From NCBI GenBank assembly GCA_964449145.1, contig CAYUYF010000016.1, positions 3,104 to 67,103 of the forward strand: DNA of 64,000 bases. The letters run 5' to 3'. The position numbers and the translations under genes were made by a program. Positions 60,916 through 64,000 of this stretch are shown here, in pieces. The stretch comes from an uncultured Gemmatimonadaceae bacterium (GTDB lineage: Bacteria > Gemmatimonadota > Gemmatimonadetes > Gemmatimonadales > GWC2-71-9). Every line of letters begins with the position of its first letter. Positions within the stretch are counted from its first letter, which is position 1. Under the pieces are notes generated by a model. That model saw nothing but the letters and a program-made list of their open reading frames with translations, was not told where the DNA came from and did not search any database.

Positions 60916-61272
60916 ATGGCGCGCGACGACGAGCGGGACGTGATCTACGTGGAGCGGGAGGACAGCTCCCTCAAGCCGGTCCTCTTCGGTGCGCTGCTGG
61001 GGCTGGCGGCAGGGCTCCTGTTCGCGCCTCATAGCGGAGCAGAGACCCGGCGCCTGCTGCAGCGCCGGCTGCGCCGGGCGCGGGCCCTGGCGGAGGAGAA
61101 GGTGAGTGAGTTGAGCGAGCGTCTGGAAGAGGTGCGCGGGGCGGCCACCGACCCGGAAGCGCGGCGCGGCGAGGTCCGTTCCGATCTCGAGCGGCGGCTG
61201 GCCGAGGCCCGCGCCCGGCGGCAGGCGATGCCGGAGGAGGATCTGGACGACGACGAGGAGCCGGTCGCCTGA
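60916..61272 (+). CDS. YtxH-domain protein
   Basis: LFGALLGLAAGLLFAPHSGAETRR followed by a coiled coil. Confidence 0.82.
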   Translation: MARDDERDVIYVEREDSSLKPVLFGALLGLAAGLLFAPHSGAETRRLLQRRLRRARALAEEKVSELSERLEEVRGAATDPEARRGEVRSDLERRLAEARARRQAMPEEDLDDDEEPVA

Positions 61273-62228
61273 CACCCGGCGCCCTGCCGGACCGGCTGAA
61301 ACGGCTCTGGGCCTTCAGTCGGCGCACCCTCCACCAGGCAGATCGTCACCGCATTCCTTTTCTGGCGAGCGCGCTGACGTTCGACGCCCTCCTCGCCGCC
61401 ATTCCGTTCCTCCTGCTGGTGCTGGTGGGGCTCTCCTATGCGGCCGAACTCTCCCCCTACGCCAGCCCTGAGGACTTGCAGCGGCTGTTCTCCCGGTTCG
61501 TGCCCCACATCACCAACGCCCAGGGGGATGGCCCGTTCGACCGGATCAGCGGGGTGCTCCTGGGCGTGATCCGCTCGCGGGGGACGATCTCGCTCTACGC
61601 CCTCCCGCTCTTCCTCTGGTTCTCCACCCGGCTCTTCGCCTCGATCCGCACCGCCCTCACCCTGGTCTACGACGTGCCCCCGCGCCGGGAGGGTCAGCAC
61701 TTCGTCTTCGGGTACCTGGCCGGGAAGCTCCGCGATGCGGTCATGGTCGGGGTGACCGTGGTGCTCGTCGTCGTCAACGCGGTGCTGACCGCCGGCCTCA
61801 AGGTGCTCAAGGCCCGGGCCAACCTCCTGGGGGCAGACGATCCCGCCTTCGGGTTCTTCCTGACCGGCCTGGGCCGGGTGCTCACGGAATGCGTGGCGTT
61901 CGCGTTCCTGGTGGGACTGTTCTACCTGGTCTACCGCCACGCCTCACCCCGGCGCCTCCCGCGCGGGGCGGCCATTGCCGGATCGATCTTCTCCGCGATC
62001 ATGTTCGAGGTGGCCAAGCGGGGGTTCGGGTGGTATCTGCGGCACCTCGCGATGATGCAGGAGTTCGCCGCCGGTCCGAACCTGGCCGCCGTGCTGCTCT
62101 TCATCCTGTGGCTCTACTACACGGCGCTGGTCTTCCTGCTGGGGTCGGTGGTCGCCGAGACGTGGGACCTCCGCAGCCGCCAGCGCGCCACCGAGCCGCG
62201 TGCTTCCGCTCCGCCACCGGTGCCGTAG
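61269..62228 (+). CDS. YihY/virulence factor BrkB-family membrane protein; probable CTG start
   Basis: The frame upstream of the 61419 GTG encodes the family N-terminal motif ASALTFDALLAAIPF; later LFLWFSTRLF..ALTLVY and LLFILWLYYTALVFLLG. Confidence 0.85.
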   Translation: MTPGALPDRLKRLWAFSRRTLHQADRHRIPFLASALTFDALLAAIPFLLLVLVGLSYAAELSPYASPEDLQRLFSRFVPHITNAQGDGPFDRISGVLLGVIRSRGTISLYALPLFLWFSTRLFASIRTALTLVYDVPPRREGQHFVFGYLAGKLRDAVMVGVTVVLVVVNAVLTAGLKVLKARANLLGADDPAFGFFLTGLGRVLTECVAFAFLVGLFYLVYRHASPRRLPRGAAIAGSIFSAIMFEVAKRGFGWYLRHLAMMQEFAAGPNLAAVLLFILWLYYTALVFLLGSVVAETWDLRSRQRATEPRASAPPPVP

Positions 62229-62270
62229 ATTCCGGCGTTATCCCTTTTCACCTTCACGACCGCCTCCCTC

Positions 62271-64000
62271 ATGCGCGTTCTTCCGGCCCTGCTGCTGCTG
62301 CCGTCCCTGCTGGCGGCCCAGGAGTTCGACTTCCACGATCGGGGTCCCTACCGCCCGGTCGTGCCGCAACCCGAGTCGCTGCTCGGCTATCCGATCGGCA
62401 GCCAGCACACGATGTACTACCAGCAGCAGGCCGTCCTCGACCGGCTGGTCGCCGCCGCACCTGACCGGGCACGCGCCGAGGTGATCGGGCGCACGGCCGA
62501 GGGAAAGATCATGCGGCTGCTGATTATCTCCGACCCAGCGAACATCGCCCGGCTCGACGAGATCCGGGCCGATCTCGGCCGGCTGGCGGACCCCCGGCGC
62601 ACCACCCCGCAGGAGGCGCGCGCGATCGCCGAGCGGACGCCGGTCACCGTGCTGCTCACCCATTCGGTGCACGGCAACGAACCGGCCGGGTTCGAGGCCG
62701 CGATGCAGACGGCCTACCAGCTGCTCGCCTCCGACGAGCCCGCCACGCTGGAGATCCTCCGCCATGCGGTGGTGCTGATCAACCCGTCGCAGAATCCTGA
62801 CGGACACGAGCGTTTCGCCGCCTGGTCCAACAGCGTGGCGGTGGGCAGTGACGACCCGCTGGCCCTGGAGCAGACCGAGCCCTGGTCGGTGTGGGGCCGG
62901 TACAACCATTACCGCTTCGACATGAACCGCGACCTGCTGGCGCAGTCCCAGCTGGAGTCGCGCGCCCTGGCCTCGGTGTACGTGCGCTGGCATCCGCAGG
63001 TGGTGGCGGACCTGCACAGCACCACCTCCCAGTACTTCTTCCCGCCGGTGGCCCAGGCGCACAATCAGAACCTGCCGGCCAGCTCGTACCAGTGGTTCGA
63101 GCGCTTCGGCCGCGCCAACGGCGCCGCCTTCGACCGCTACGGCTGGCAGTACTACGTCCGGGACATCTTTGACTTCTTCTATCCCGGCTACATCGACATG
63201 TGGCCATCGATGCGTGGCGGGATCGGAATGACGTTCGAGACCGATGGCGGGCCGGAGCTCAAGAAGCGCAAGGACGACGGCACCTACACCACGTTCACCA
63301 TGGCCATCGCCCGTCACTACGTGGCCTCGCTGGCGACCCTCGCCGAGGCCGCTCGTGGCCGGGTGGAGCGGCTCCACGACTTCTACCAGTTCCACGCGAC
63401 CGGGATGCGGGAGGCCGAGGGCCGGTCCTTCCGCCGGGTGATGTTTACCGCCGCCGATCCCGGCCGGGCGCGCTGGCTGGCTGAGCGGCTGGTGGGAGAG
63501 GAGATCGAAGTCACTCGGCTCACCCAGCCCTGGACCACCACACGGGCGGTGCCCTATGTGAGGGATGGAGCAGGAGATCCGGTGGCCGGCCGGAGCCGCG
63601 GCCAGGCCCCGCTGGCGGGCGCCACGCGGGTGGTCTTGCAGCCCGGAACCTACGTAGTGGACCTGGCCCAGCCGCAGGCGCGCCTCGCCACCACGATGCT
63701 GGAGGCGAGGGCGAGCTTCGACTCCGGCTTTGTCCGACGGCAGCTCGCCGCGTATCAGCGCAACCAGCGCCGGGGGCCGGCGGAGAATCAGGAAGGGTAC
63801 GACTTCTACGACGTGACTGCCTGGTCGCTGCCCCTGACGCTGGGGCTCGACGCCTGGTGGACCGATGACACCAGCCCGGTGACCGGGGTGCGGGTTGTGG
63901 CGGGCCAGGCGCCCGACCAGCCTGCGGCCCCCGGGCGGGCCCAGTCGGCCTATGTCTTCAGCAACGAAAGCGACGCCGGCGCGCTGCTCGCCATGAGGCT
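62271..64000 (+). CDS. M14-family zinc carboxypeptidase, exported; 3' truncated by the window edge
   Basis: Not in the ORF track. Manual translation MRVLPALLLLPSLLAAQEFDF..; HSVHGNEP, NPSQNPDGHER, NHYRFDMNRD, DLHS motifs; frame still in phase at the window end. Confidence 0.88.
   Translation, partial: MRVLPALLLLPSLLAAQEFDFHDRGPYRPVVPQPESLLGYPIGSQHTMYYQQQAVLDRLVAAAPDRARAEVIGRTAEGKIMRLLIISDPANIARLDEIRADLGRLADPRRTTPQEARAIAERTPVTVLLTHSVHGNEPAGFEAAMQTAYQLLASDEPATLEILRHAVVLINPSQNPDGHERFAAWSNSVAVGSDDPLALEQTEPWSVWGRYNHYRFDMNRDLLAQSQLESRALASVYVRWHPQVVADLHSTTSQYFFPPVAQAHNQNLPASSYQWFERFGRANGAAFDRYGWQYYVRDIFDFFYPGYIDMWPSMRGGIGMTFETDGGPELKKRKDDGTYTTFTMAIARHYVASLATLAEAARGRVERLHDFYQFHATGMREAEGRSFRRVMFTAADPGRARWLAERLVGEEIEVTRLTQPWTTTRAVPYVRDGAGDPVAGRSRGQAPLAGATRVVLQPGTYVVDLAQPQARLATTMLEARASFDSGFVRRQLAAYQRNQRRGPAENQEGYDFYDVTAWSLPLTLGLDAWWTDDTSPVTGVRVVAGQAPDQPAAPGRAQSAYVFSNESDAGALLAMR

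Overview
High-GC (about 70% by eye) chromosomal window with no tRNA, rRNA, CRISPR array or mobile element that I could see. Gene content (PadR plus ADOP-type permease, GWxTD protein, DUF5916-like protein, several Zn-ribbon Ser/Thr kinases) suggests Gemmatimonadota; this taxon call is an inference. From left to right: (1) a minus-strand FHA / Ser/Thr kinase / PP2C / FHA operon, divergent from an amidase, a GWxTD protein and a second kinase whose C-terminus looks like PEGA plus TonB-C; (2) class II ribonucleotide reductase; (3) accessory genes: padR-permease, a glutathione peroxidase, a stand-alone 46-aa double-Gly peptide gene, arsR-SRPBCC, a Tat-exported PLP enzyme, a TPR protein, two orphan lipoproteins and doxX; (4) a 16.4 kb trehalose/alpha-glucan locus (glgX-glgB-treZ-treY-treS/pep2, divergent from a motif-degenerate GpgS-like glycosyltransferase, an MscS-like TM protein and glgE); (5) yceI, an aminotransferase, a DUF5916-like protein, hydrolases, and ispG-ccdA-tlpA-prx; (6) an AT-rich intergenic DnaA-box cluster at about 51.85-52.15 kb, a candidate oriC with no dnaA nearby; (7) an amidohydrolase and a glycolytic cluster (pyk, MBL hydrolase, pgi, PPC-repeat protein, class II fba), then ytxH-like, yihY-like and a partial M14 peptidase. 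Best leads: the candidate orphan oriC, the TonB-C kinase/GWxTD/amidase envelope-signalling locus, the apparently dead glycosyltransferase with a 30-bp operator-like palindrome, and the double-Gly micropeptide unit. All family assignments come from motif recognition; no database search was run.
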